Part shown: one piece after another, positions 1 to 11,800 of the stretch | Numbering within the stretch: position 1 is the first letter of the stretch | Layout of the letters: each line of letters begins with the position of its first letter | From: Takakia lepidozioides | Lineage: Eukaryota; Plantae; Bryophyta | Direction: 5' to 3' | Assembly: GCA_030704615.1 (NCBI GenBank) | Contig: CM060733.1 | Location: 4,774,001-4,838,000, forward strand | DNA: 64,000 nt | The notes under the pieces: generated by a model | The model's input: the letters and a program-made list of their open reading frames with translations, nothing else | What the model was told of the DNA's origin: nothing | Databases searched by the model: none | Made by a program: the position numbers and the translations under genes

Positions 1-837
1 ATTTGGCGAGGTTAATATGAAAGAGGTTAATTTTCTCCTCTCACTAATTAAGGCACCTGATTTGTGAGCGGTTGCTGCCGGGTATTTTCCTTTAAAATTT
101 AATAAAAAGTAAAAAATAGTATACTGAGTGTCGCCGAGATGGGTCCGGGTTCAAATTTTTCTACCTTGTGAGATGTGGTATATTCATCTTCTCCCCACTT
201 CTCCCCATGAGGCTTGTGCTCACCTTGTGATGGCCCAATCTCTCCTCATCCTTAATTTGCCTATTTCATCCATGCGACGATACTCATTCATCCGTATAAA
301 TTTTTGGCTTAAGTACCGTTAAACAATTACACTCATGGTTAGTCTAGGGGATAGTTAGCTAGATGGCAGCATCCATGCCCTCCATTTAATCTATGGCTGC
401 AAATAGGTGCCGCGGGTTCAGCCTGTTGCGCCTCGCCACACGGCATGCAAGCAAGCAGCTAGGGTTTGTATAAAGACGGCGGCCTAACACAGCTCAAGGC
501 AGCATGTGTACTCTGGTGTTACTGTACATGTGAAGCTTTTGAACAGGCAGTGGATGAGAACTTTGGGTCACTGGGAATTTGCGGAAAATAGCAAAGTGGC
601 TTTCTTGGACAATGATTCGAGCCTCGACAAGAGATATCTAGGAAAAGGTCTCTGGTTCAAATCTGGTCGTAGGTTTGTGGAAAGAAAATGATTAATAAGC
701 TTAGATGACTCAGATGACAGTGGACACTTGCCAAGCCATCGGCATAGGCTTTCTTGGAACCTCGACGGGAGATATATCAATATGATTGGATATATTACTA
801 TTCAATAAATTGATGGAAAGAAATAAGTGGGACCTTG

Positions 838-1075
838 ATATGGGAGACGCACTTGGATACATATAAGGAGATTGCACACTACGCTTAGATGGGCTCGATA
901 TGTGAGAGGCATATTGGAGACGCCCTTGGATACATAGGAAATTGCACTTGGGCTTAGATGACATTGGATACTTGGGCCTCTACATGGGAGATACACTTGG
1001 ATACATAGAAGATTACACGTGGGCTTAGATGGGTCTTGACAACATGGGAGATGCACTTGCAACATTCCAGCCGCA
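838..1075. repeat. Imperfect ~60-70 bp tandem repeat (about 4 units) at the 3' end of the MULE ORF
   Basis: Recurring atgggagaygcacttggatacatar..gattgcac..gcttagatg units. Confidence 0.75.
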
Positions 1076-2139
1076 CTTTTCGCCAGGATATCAACGAGCT
1101 GCCCTTTGCACATATGAAGAGCAGATCGGGCATGTGCCTCCAGGTATTTGTCATAACCTACAATGCAAAGTATGTCCGCGAATTCTTGTTCCAATGAGGC
1201 TGAGACCTCCAGAGGTGCCTCGTCGTAGGGGAAGTCGTCCGGAGGATGTCTTTCCATGAACTGATTGGATTCGTCGTTGCCGCCGGCACCATTGCCCAAG
1301 AGCAAGTTAGGTAATCCTCCATGAATGGTTCCCAGCGTCGTGCCACAAGCGTGCACAAAGAGGCCATCCTGCAGGTCAGGGTGAAGCATCTTCAGGACAC
1401 GGACCTGATGCTTGCATAAGTTTCTCTTCATTGCCCATGGGCACGTGCAACAACCCCAATCGCAATCAGGATTGTAAACAATGTATGTTGTGCCGGGGTG
1501 GTTGCTGCTGAGAACGTAGGCTGGTTCATCAGGACCCAAGGGAAGAGTAACATTCTCAGCAGGAATGTCTCGTGCCGCAAGTATAGAACTGGATATGTAC
1601 TTTTCGTGTTTGTCATTTCTTATGAACCCGTGGGTCTTCAAATGGATTGTGTACCATTAGTGTGTTAGCACACGGCCAGTGAGTTCCCATATAAGCCAGT
1701 CCACTCTACGACCACTCATCTTGCCTTTCCCCATGACAAGTCTTGCCTTCAGATTTCCATGGTATGCCTCAATGCTTGCGTTTGTGTCTTGGCTCGCATG
1801 AGGGACATGGCGGGCTGCTGTACACCACATTGCTATTTTGGGCTTCCAGTACTGTTTGATATAGTCAAGAAATTCATGTCCTTTCGGGTATTTTGACCTT
1901 ATACGACGGATTCTCCTTGCAACCCACCGAAGCGTTCTTTTCTCGTTGCGTGGTCCTCCTCTACAGTACATGAGGTCTCCCATATCCTTCAACAAGTTTA
2001 CAGCGGTCACCGGATCCTTCGTTTTCTTGCATGATTGCTTCACCCATGCCTTGCGGACATGCCAAAGGCAAAGGAAAATGAGTACTCATTCAAAAACAAT
2101 TCTGCACAACACACATGGTACACATTAGAGTCTTGGGAT

Positions 2140-2620
2140 CCGACTGCAATGGTGGACTGCCGGAGTGGACTGTAACAGCGACCTGTATCAGCGGGCAGAG
2201 CCACTGGACTCGCCTAGTGGACAGTACAATGCCATGACGTTGATGTGCTGGAATAACCCCATTGGACTACCCAGTGGACTTCCCCATTGGACTTCCCCTA
2301 GCTAGGACTGGGGCAGCAGACTGCCCCATTGGACTGCCACAGCGGACTGCCGAGTGGACTTACTGCCGAGTGGACTTGGCGGCGGACGGCCGACCCCAGG
2401 GACTGCTGAGTGGACTTGGCAGCGGACTGCCGAGCGGACTTGCCGGGGACTGCCAGCGGACTTGCCAGGGGACTGATGACCGGACTTGACAGCGGACTAC
2501 CAGTGGATTTGCCCAACGAACTGCCATCGGGTTTCGCCACAGGAGTCTGTTAGTGGACTGTAGCAATGGACTGCTGCAGTGGACCTCGACAATGGACCGG
2601 TGCTGTGGACCAACAGACTT
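2140..2620. repeat. GGACT-core ~12 bp minisatellite filling a MULE intron
   Basis: Dozens of (a/g)(g/c/t)ggact(g/t)cc-like units. A related ggactgg array recurs at ~4370-4455, upstream of the transposase. Confidence 0.8.
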
Positions 2621-4904
2621 ACCGAATAGCGTTGATTTCTGCTTCGGCATCGTCCACAATGAAGGCATTGGGTCGCCAGCTCGGCAAATCTGCGAGGAGT
2701 GAATCGCGCAAGGCTCTCATCCACGAAACCAACAATGAGAACTGTTGGAATGCACAATGTAAGATGGTCAGAGCATGCAAATTCCGCTTAGTTCTGCATG
2801 AGAAAACTTCATAAGAGTGATGAGGTCTGTAGCGGTTCACAATGGGTCTGCCTCTCGGTCTTCCGCAACGTACACAACCCTAAACATACAGAAAGGGTCA
2901 GCACACCAAATATTATGTGAATGTTGCATGGTACTATGCTATCATGCTCGTACAAGTCCATGGAATCGTTCGAATAGTACTTTGTCATGATTTGTCCCAA
3001 AGGTTACATCACATGCAACGATACGGTCATGTCCTAGTTCCAGCATTCGTCGTTTCTGCCACGGAGTCTGTATGCCAATAGTGAATGTCAAATCTCCATC
3101 AAAATGCTCGAATGTTGGCTCTAATTTCTCCTCTTGATAGAAAAAAACGGACGCAGGATTCTGGTCTCTCCACATGCGCACACTCTCTACATCATCGGCG
3201 TGCTTTTTGAAGGTTTGCCACGCACGTTTCTCGGCAAGGTTGCAAACATCTTGCTCCAACAAGAAATCATCGCGGGTCCATGCATCGCCCAAGCCGGTGT
3301 TGTTCATCACGTGCTCTTTATGCTCCATCATGATTTGGGCGACCGACAGGCCTCAGCACAAACACTCGACGACCCAGGCTTTCAATTCCTCGCTAATGTG
3401 TGGTGCATAGGCGTGGTGGGTGTTCCTGAACTCTGCGGACTTCCCATGCGAGGGTTTCCCTTGCGCATCTGTATGCTCCATGTTGTTGTAGTACGTGAGG
3501 ACAAAGATGTCAGGGGCGAGATAGCATTGCTGGACTTTGAAACAGCATTGACAACCACGTTTGTAAGACTCTCCATACTCCGACTTCTTTCTCCTTGGGC
3601 CTTTATGAGGGCAAGATGTTCCAGCACCCACAAGAGGTCCTCCACGCTACTGTTTTGGATCCTCCACTATTGCCTTGTTGGTGCGTTTGTCATTAGGACC
3701 ATAGCAGCATTGATACCTGGACAGAAAATTCTAAAATCGATATCCAATGACTTGAGAAGCATAAAATCAGAGAACTCGTGAAACAAGAAATGACAACAGA
3801 CATGCAATGAAACGTCAAAAAGACTGAGGATAGTGCACACATAATACTGGACAGAAATGTGTTGGCTCTGGGTGCTTTTCGCGAGCCGGGTTCCACTTTA
3901 GAATGGACATTCACCCAAAACTGAGTGGGGTAGTCCTCCAAACTCTCCTCTCCTAGGACGAAGTCACCAACTCTATCCCAAGGTATGCAGGCCTTTTCAA
4001 CATTCACTCGCACACCCATAAACCCATATTGCGTCTCACTCTTCCAATGGAGATCCTTCATGTTGAAGGGTCCTGGTTTTGCTGTTTGCAAACATTGTCG
4101 AAGAGGCCGTATAAGCGGGCTTTCCGTGATCAGTATATCATCCGGTTTTGCTTCCACGTCCATGCCCTATACAGTACAAAGGACACGCTTCTGAACATGC
4201 AAGAAATGCGCCGCAGTACAAGACACGATCGACAACGTGCCAGGAGAACAGTGCGCACGTTCGCGGCTGCTGGCAAGTGGCAGACGGTAGGGATGTAGGT
4301 TTGAATTGCAGCCCTAAAAATGGAGGGCTCGGATGGGTTATGGGAATGGATGGTGGCGATCCTGCGCCGTCAGCGGACTGGATGGCAGGGGACTGGCCAG
4401 CGGACTGACGGGCAGACTGGCGGACTGGCAGACTGCTGGGCGGGGGACTGGCCGCGCGGCGGACGGGGGCACGGGCGCGGTTGCTGCAGCCGCGCCCGCG
4501 GCTGGGCGACCGCACGCAGCGGCGGGGTGCTGGGGAGCCGGGCGTCCGTGCGCGGGCCCACCGGCCACATCGCACATGCCCATTGAAGACCCTATTATCT
4601 TAAAATGAGAGGCCACTTTTATGGGGTGATCAAGTGAATTGCGATGCATTTCACATCAAGGCCTTTTTGGAATTCCCTAATTGGACACTTGGGCCAACGG
4701 CACATACTACCCTAGTTTGCACTAATGAAAGGAGTGTGAGGATAACGGCTCTTATGGATCCACCCTTCCCCTAAAGCAAAGTTCATCACCAGACTTGTGA
4801 TATTGGATGAACCAAAATATTGATAACCAATTCTGGGCATTTTCATCAATCACTAATTAAAGATGCCCATGCTGCCCAAATCGAGAAATAACGTGTTGTA
4901 AAAA

Positions 4905-5165
4905 GAATGGTGCCCCAATCCAGAAATGATGAATTTAGGGGCAGTAGAGAACGGTATTCCCTGCCCTACTCCAGAAACGATGAATTTTGAGGCACTAGAA
5001 GAGTGTACAGTGCGGTGTAGCCTGCATGGCCTGTCGTGAGAGGTTATTTTTTCCTCTTCATCAATATATTGGTCTCCCTGGGGCCTTCTGCCAAAAAATA
5101 AAAAAAAAGTGTATTCCGTGCAGTAATCCCGAAATGATGAATTTTGAGGGCACTAGAAGGAGTGG
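4905..5165. repeat. Short ~50 bp repeat, 3 copies
   Basis: ccagaaatgatgaattt(t)(a/g)gggca(g/c)taga at ~4920, ~4971 and ~5128. Confidence 0.65.
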
Positions 5166-6636
5166 TATAATAAAAAGAGCGGCAAATGAGTCCTCGCTGC
5201 TGTGTGGATTTGAGCCCCGGACCAGCTGGTCCTGCATAGGATAAGGTGCTACGTCATCAGGACGCAAAATATAGTCACATGCATCTTTATGCCCCTCGCC
5301 GTCTCTCAACACGCCACCTTGCCTTGCTGCCTTTGGGCTCACGCCTGTCGTTGTTCGCCACCTGTCTTGTGATTCGCTCAAAAGCAAGGGTTGGTTATGT
5401 CCCTGAGATTCGACATGTGGACTATCGACGTGGCAGTCTAGAGAGCTGAGAGGCACTGCCGATTCAGCTTGCGAGGGAACCCGAAGGAACTCCGGAGGAT
5501 CCTCAGCCGGGCCGCTTTGTCCGTGCTGGCAGAGCGATGTCACGTCCCACAAGGTTCCTCCTAACGGGTCATTTTTCGTTTGTTACCTACCAATGAAACT
5601 TGCAGTGTTTTTCTTTCTGTCGAAAAATCGCGAGTTTTCGACCTGGAAACTCGGTCAGCTACTTGTACAAAGGAATTATGGGGGGTAAAATCTGAGATTT
5701 TCGCTAAAAAGTACCAGGAGATAAATTCCAGGAGCCTAATCTTAGCGACGTGGACCAATGAGAACGTGACACCTGGAATATATCCACTTTTCTAACTTTG
5801 TCACCTCGATATTCTCTCCACATGGGCACTGGGTGGAATTCACAGGTGGCCCCGCCAGCGATTTTGGAAATATGAAAAACAATTACTACCTACCATGGAA
5901 ATTGAAATTTAATTGATGTTCTCTTTCAAATACCATTATTACCATGTTTTCTTTTTGAGGAAAGGGCCTGGCTGGTGTCATATTGTGTGACCTATTTTTA
6001 AATTACGAATTTAGCCATCGAAAGGACGAAATACACCTACACACTTAGTTTGAGAATGAGACCAAGTCAAAAGTGACAATGCATAATAGACTGTAAAGCT
6101 AGAGGTAGGTCGGTCCAAGGGAGAAGACTCGAGCAGGAAGCCCGGCTATTGCCCCTTTTGTATTGTCCTGGTGCGCATTTGCGTGCTACCTAGGAGCCTG
6201 GACCTAAGGTTAAGAGCAGGGTAGCTGCCGGCCATTTGACCTTGTTTGACCACCGATTCTGCATGTAGAATTGGCCTGTATGGATGTTTCCGAATGTCGA
6301 AGGGGCAGTCATACCTTCTCTTAACGGATGTTGGTAAGCTGATCTCAAAAGTATCATAACTCCCTTTCATACACAAGACATGCTAACAACAAAAACATCG
6401 GCTCCAATACTTATTATCGGCAACATCTATCAATTAAGCAAGGTAGTTTGTTTTGTTTTATTTTGCTTGTTTATTGTTTCGTGTTGAGATCTCCCAAACG
6501 GCAAGGCCTCCACCCAAGGTTTTAATATTGCTGAAATGCCCTCGATGAGTAGGGGTGCAGGTAGTTTCATAATTCTTGGACCTACAGTGTAGGAGACATT
6601 GAATTTCAAGTATTTTTGTCCGAAGACAATAGGAAC

Positions 6637-7421
6637 AATAGGAATAATGTAAGAACTTAATGCACACGTGCAACCTCTGACAGAAGCTACGCCAGTTTCC
6701 GACATGTCAAATCTTCCCCACCCTCTCTTGAGAGTTACATTGAAGTGTCGACTCGAGTCGGGGTTACACGACGAGGTATGTAACTTCACTAACAACTAAC
6801 ATGTAGCCCAGTGGTAAGGGCATATGCCCTGTTACGAGCGGTTGTGGGTTCAAACCACCCTGTAATCCACACTTGGTCTCGAAATTTGCAAATGTGGCTA
6901 AAGTATTAAATGGACTAACTAGAGTTACATGAGAAACCGGGGTTACACCACTTGGAGGGTTACATCAACCAGGGTTAGAGAGAGAGTAGAGAGTATGACG
7001 CAAAGGGAGCGTAACTTATGGTGTCACTTCACACCAAGGGCTACTTGCATTCACGCTGAAAGGTGGACACCTTGACGACACATCAGACCGTGGTTTGAAC
7101 CCACAACCACATGCAACGTGGTATGTGCCCATTACCACTGGGCTACATGCTGGTTGTCAACCAGACGAGGGTTATACACTACAAGAGCCTCCCATCAAGA
7201 ATCAAACCCTGCACCCAACCGTCTGCAATGCTATCACTTTACCGTCAGGCAACCCACCACAGCTTGCAACCCACCCGGCTCCTTAAGTATTTAATAGTGA
7301 AACTGAGATAAGAGGGGGTGGGGAGGATTTGACAGGCCCCCCCATGAGCCCAGGTTGCCAGAATCCTGCGAAAGTACTGTCAGATCACACGCTCCCATTA
7401 AGTTCTTACATTATTCCTATT
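6637..7421. repeat. Foldback (long inverted repeat) element with tRNA-like A/B boxes in both arms
   Basis: 6637-6662 is the exact reverse complement of 7396-7421. 6704-6729 pairs with 7310-7334. 6800-6858 pairs with 7090-7149 and contains TAGCCCAGTGG (A box-like) and GGTTCAAACC (B box-like). Confidence 0.8.
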
Positions 7422-7632
7422 ATCTTCCAGTTTTGTCATTGGAAGTTCATGAAAATAAAAAATTAGATTTCTCTGGAATATTTTCCCTTCATTTGTCTCA
7501 ACGGCGGAGGCCACACTCATGTCTACATTGTGACAAATCAGTGCCACATCATTGTGATCACAAGATCTACGCGCAGTTGCAGATTTGAACCAGCATCACT
7601 ACCGACTCGCTTGAAACTAGGCCACCGCGACT

Positions 7633-7919
7633 CGGCGTTTTTTTTGCTGGCGAATTTTCGCCAAATTTCGACCTCAGAAAAATAAGAGGAATATTCTGTC
7701 GCAAACTCCCTGTTTTTTCATGGATGAAATCGCCAAATTTCTCCAAATGAAAAAAAACTTATGGATGAATTCGCCAAATATGGATGATATAAATGGATTT
7801 GTGTACGAAAATGGATGATTTTTTCCTAATTTCAATGGATGAACAGAATGTAAGGCTATTTTTTGCCAAACTTTGTAGCCACTCGCGCTTTTTTTCAAAT
7901 TCCAGATAAAAAAACACTG
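7633..7919. mobile_element. hAT-type MITE (287 bp) with 8-bp target-site duplication
   Basis: TSD CCGCGACT at 7625-7632 and 7920-7927. Termini CGGCGTTTTTTT ... AAAAAAACACTG (CAGTGTTTTTTT-type TIR, 2 mismatches). Internal TCGCCAAA motifs. Confidence 0.85.
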
Positions 7920-8896
7920 CCGCGACTAGCCCACCGCGGCTGCGCACGCTCTGCCGCTTTTACTGCGCAGTGCCCAGCATGTGAGCTGTGGTAACGTCTG
8001 CGGACGACATTCATCCACACGCTGCACTAGCCAATAATCATTCATCCACAATCTGCCCAAACTAGGTTTAGTTTGGACCAGATAAACATTCACAGTTCTA
8101 CACAACCGACGCTCGTTACCCACCGCCAGCGTTGAGCGTTTTCCAGCCAGGTGGCAGACGGTCACAAGTCGTCAACTTTGATATCCGGACACCAAGCTGT
8201 TTCCATGAATCAGAAAGCGACAAGTCAACCAGTGTCACTCCTCCGCGCTATTACAAAGCTTAGTAGGTACTAATTCAGTTGTTAACCAACCTACGAATTG
8301 CGCTACTAACATAATTTCACACTAGTGGCGGGAGACGATGGCGTGGCGGTATCCACAATGCCACGTGTGAGTTATAGCCTCACATGATCCGCCTTCACTA
8401 ATCACCGCTTTAGTACCTTTCATTACTGAGTAAGTATCTCTTGTAGGTAATAGTAAAACCCTGGACTGATGGCTCTTACTTGACCTTGATAGTTTTTATT
8501 GGCACCTTTAGTGCTGAATTGTAGGGCAAGTTCCCTTGTGGGGACTAATTAATTTCCTGATCAAGCAAATGAGGGTTTTTGGAAGGGGGAGTAAGAGGAG
8601 TAAAAGTAAATAGTTGTAAGTAGCGGATCCGTTACTGTGGACCCCAAGGCAAGACACGCAGCACGCGACCGAAGCATAGAAAGAAAAACCTTGCTTCTTT
8701 CCTTCTCCTCGCAGGGCGGGGAGGGCCTGGCATGGCTTGAAGCGAGCGGCTATGGCGAGCAGTGTGGAGCGCACGGGCACGTAGAGGACAGCGGATAGGC
8801 AGGGAGGGGGGAAGAAGATCGAAGCTTAGAAGGCATGGGGTCAAGGGAAGGGTAGAGGGAGCGAGAGGGACAGGGAGAGGAAGGAGGTGGAAGATT

Positions 8897-11800
8897 ATGG
8901 TGGGGGGCGAGTACCGGCCCGTGGGAGGTGCTGCGTCTCATCCGGTGTGGATAGTGGTGTGGGCATGGATGTCGACGGTGATGCTGGTTATGGTGCTAGG
9001 GGGATGCTCGTGGCATCGCCGTCGCATGCAGCGCCGCCGCGAAGGTGATATCTCTCGCCGTCCCTTTCTCATTTTCCCTAACCTTCTCCGCTGTCTCTTT
9101 CTAGAGTCTCGGTGAATTATCGTGTGGGAGGTTCTGAGCTGCGTCTCCCCCTCTGCCGGGTCTTTTTCTGTTTTGTTCTTGAGCTAGTTCAGTGTGGTGG
9201 CCTGTTTTCAGTTGATCCTTGATTAAGCAACATAGCCTTGGGCACTTTTCCTTCTTTATTCCTGTCGTGTGATTACTCGACTGTGAGTCCGGTGCTTCTC
9301 TCACGGCAAAGAAAGAGAGACACGACTCGAGTGGGGATGACTCCATGTATTATCGTACCTCTTTTGTTTGTGGACCTTATCTACTAAGCATTCGGTATGA
9401 ATTCCGCTTACACTCGCTCAATCCATGCGTATGCAGCAGCACATGTTTTTGTGTATTCCGAACTACGTATTACGGGTTGTCCTTTAGCGTTACCGATTGT
9501 TTCTTGTTTACTCTTCGGTGCAAGCTTGTGTATCTGGACTCTTCATGAAACCTCCATTTGCAAGGATCTCACACAACGCGGCCCTTGTGTCTTGGAGCGA
9601 GGGTGTCCACCGTGGCCTTTCCCATCATGCCAGTTTTCGTCTGCCTGTCCAACTAGTTAGTCATTTGTTAGCTCTATCACTAAGGCCTTCTCTGGGGACA
9701 TTCTGGCAGGTTGTTTCAGCTTCAGAAATCATAGAATTTGAAGAAGACAGAGATAGCTTATTGATACATTGAGATACATTGAGATAGCTCAATGTACTTA
9801 GTGTTTGTCAATTACTTTGGTGAAGAAGAAGATTATGGTCCTCGGGTGAATTAATAATATAGTGTCTCTGGGTGTCATCTGTGATGGGCTCGCAGCTGCA
9901 GACCTAGCGGCAGCCATCCAACTGTCTATCAACGACCACATTGTATCAATTCCACCAGGAATTTTGGCTGCTCCACCAGTGAGGCATGACAGCTCACATG
10001 GCAGGGATGGCAGGGTTTCACCTGCGGCAGCAGCTGATTATCCCAATATCAAGTCCATTCACGATCTCAAAGACCATCTAAGTATCAGCTCTATTTTTAA
10101 AATGAAACGGGACTGGCTATCAAGGTACGGTTGATGCAATCTGCTGCATGTTACTTGGTTTGTGTGCCCAGCAGATCAGCAACATAATTGTCTTTTCTCT
10201 TCCCTTTGTTTCATGGTATGTCTCATAATCAGAGAGGTGATAAATAGTAAGAGCCTTCACTTCGTAGCCTCGCATCCAAAACCACCCCCTCCAATGCCCC
10301 ATTGTGAACATGTCACTGCAAGAAGGCACCAGGTGTGTGAAAGGATGTTAGAACAGGACCACTCTAGTTTACGAAAGGTTTACTCCAAAAGTGGGATGTA
10401 CATTTGTACACACAGCTGATCCTGGCCTTCCAAGAAAGCTCTCTCCCTGGGATGTGCCAAGAGACAGCCAGACTCAGAGAGGAAGGAGAAAGGGCGTACT
10501 GTAGAATGTTGAAGCCAGTGTTGAGGAATTGGTTATAAATATGGAGAGAAAGACATGTAATGTGTCCTCTTGGGCAGAAGAAGACACTTTCATTCGAAGG
10601 GAGGTGAGCTCCTTTTGTTGACATTCTCTGCTGTGTCGTGTGCAGAGAACTCTCAAAAGGAAGGGATGGTGGAAAATCTGAACCCTCACTTCCCCGTAGT
10701 GAACGGAGGCTCTTGCAAATTGTTTTGCGGCGGGACCATGTGTTCCAAGATTCGTATCTGCAGGTATTTTGCTCTTCTGCCTTCATTACAGTTGTGTTGG
10801 ATGCTCTTTGGAGCTATTTGTAGCCTTTTCGTAAGGTCTTAGAAAATTGTGATACTCAGGTGTGGCAATATGGTAAATGGCTACTTTCTCATGACGGTTG
10901 GTGCTCAATTTTGCTACAAAAGTTCTACAACGCTTTTCGTCTGATCTTAACAAGTTATGACACTGTTTGGAACTGAGAAGCAGCAATATGGAATTGAATG
11001 GGGTATGCTGGGTGTGTGCAGTTTGCGTCAATCAGTGATGATGATCTGCGGAATCCATTGTCTATTCATTTTGTCGGTGAGGTAGGGAGGGACGATGGAG
11101 GCGTCACTCGGGACTGGTACTGTGTGCTTAGTAAAGAAATTTTCAACCCCTCATACGCACTTTTTACCCATAGTGCAGCTGATGACTACACATTCCAAAT
11201 CAATCCAAATTCAGGTGTTAATCCGGACCACCTGGACTTTTTCCGATTCATTGGCACCATCGTGGGAAAAGCACTGTTGGATGGATGCCTTCTTGATGCA
11301 CATTTCACCAGGCTTGTCTATAAGCGCATTTTGGACAAACCAGTTTCTTATCATGACATGGCCACCGTTGACGTGCAGTTCTACAAGAGCCTTTGCTGGG
11401 TACACACTTTTCCTTTATTACTTGTGCATAATTCCTACTTCCAAATTAATTGTTGCACAGTGGTTGGCATTGTGGCCTTTTAGCTACTCTGTATTTTTGT
11501 GAGGCTACCAATATTTAGTGAGCTACCCAGTGAAAGGGAATCCAGCATTAGTTCTCAAACGGAAGTTACGCGGCCACCCATCAGCTTGACATAGTTCAAA
11601 GTTTGGTTTGCATAACCGGTTTTTATATGCTCAACCATGTGTAATTGAAGCATGTGCTAAAGGGATTCCAGGAATGAAATTGAAGCTGGAACTTGATGTG
11701 GACCTGCAGTTGTTGGAGAATAAACTGGAAGGGACAGATCTTGGTTTGACCTTTTCTGTTGACAAGGAAAACTTTGGTGCCTACGAGGAGATCGAGGTGT

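Larger units (their letters stand above)
802..4163 (-). pseudogene. Mutator-like (MULE) DDE transposase with WRKY/GCM1-like N-terminal zinc finger and C-terminal SWIM finger; intron-containing and degenerate
   Basis: Collinear minus-strand fragments: YQCCYGP..KRGCQCCF..H (zinc finger), IVACDVTFGTN (D1), FIVDDAEAEINAIR (D2), CLWHVRKAW (CxxH), TNASIEAYHGNLK (E), CCTCPWAMKRNLCKH (SWIM). GT-AG introns near 3717-3840, 2840-2980 and 2075-2620. In-frame stops near 3350, 3650 and 1657. Confidence 0.85.

Noticed and set aside
2262-4649. Short GC-rich ORFs at 2262-2814 and 4138-4649, and the antisense ORF 3134-3781, as genes
   Set aside because: They arise from low-complexity repeats or are antisense shadows of the transposase.
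343-4715. MULE terminal inverted repeats (CTAGGGGATAGT ... ACTACCCTAG)
   Set aside because: Match too short and imperfect; no 9-bp TSD identified.
6800-6858. Functional tRNA gene
   Set aside because: A/B boxes are present but there is no convincing acceptor stem or cloverleaf; the segment is part of an inverted repeat.
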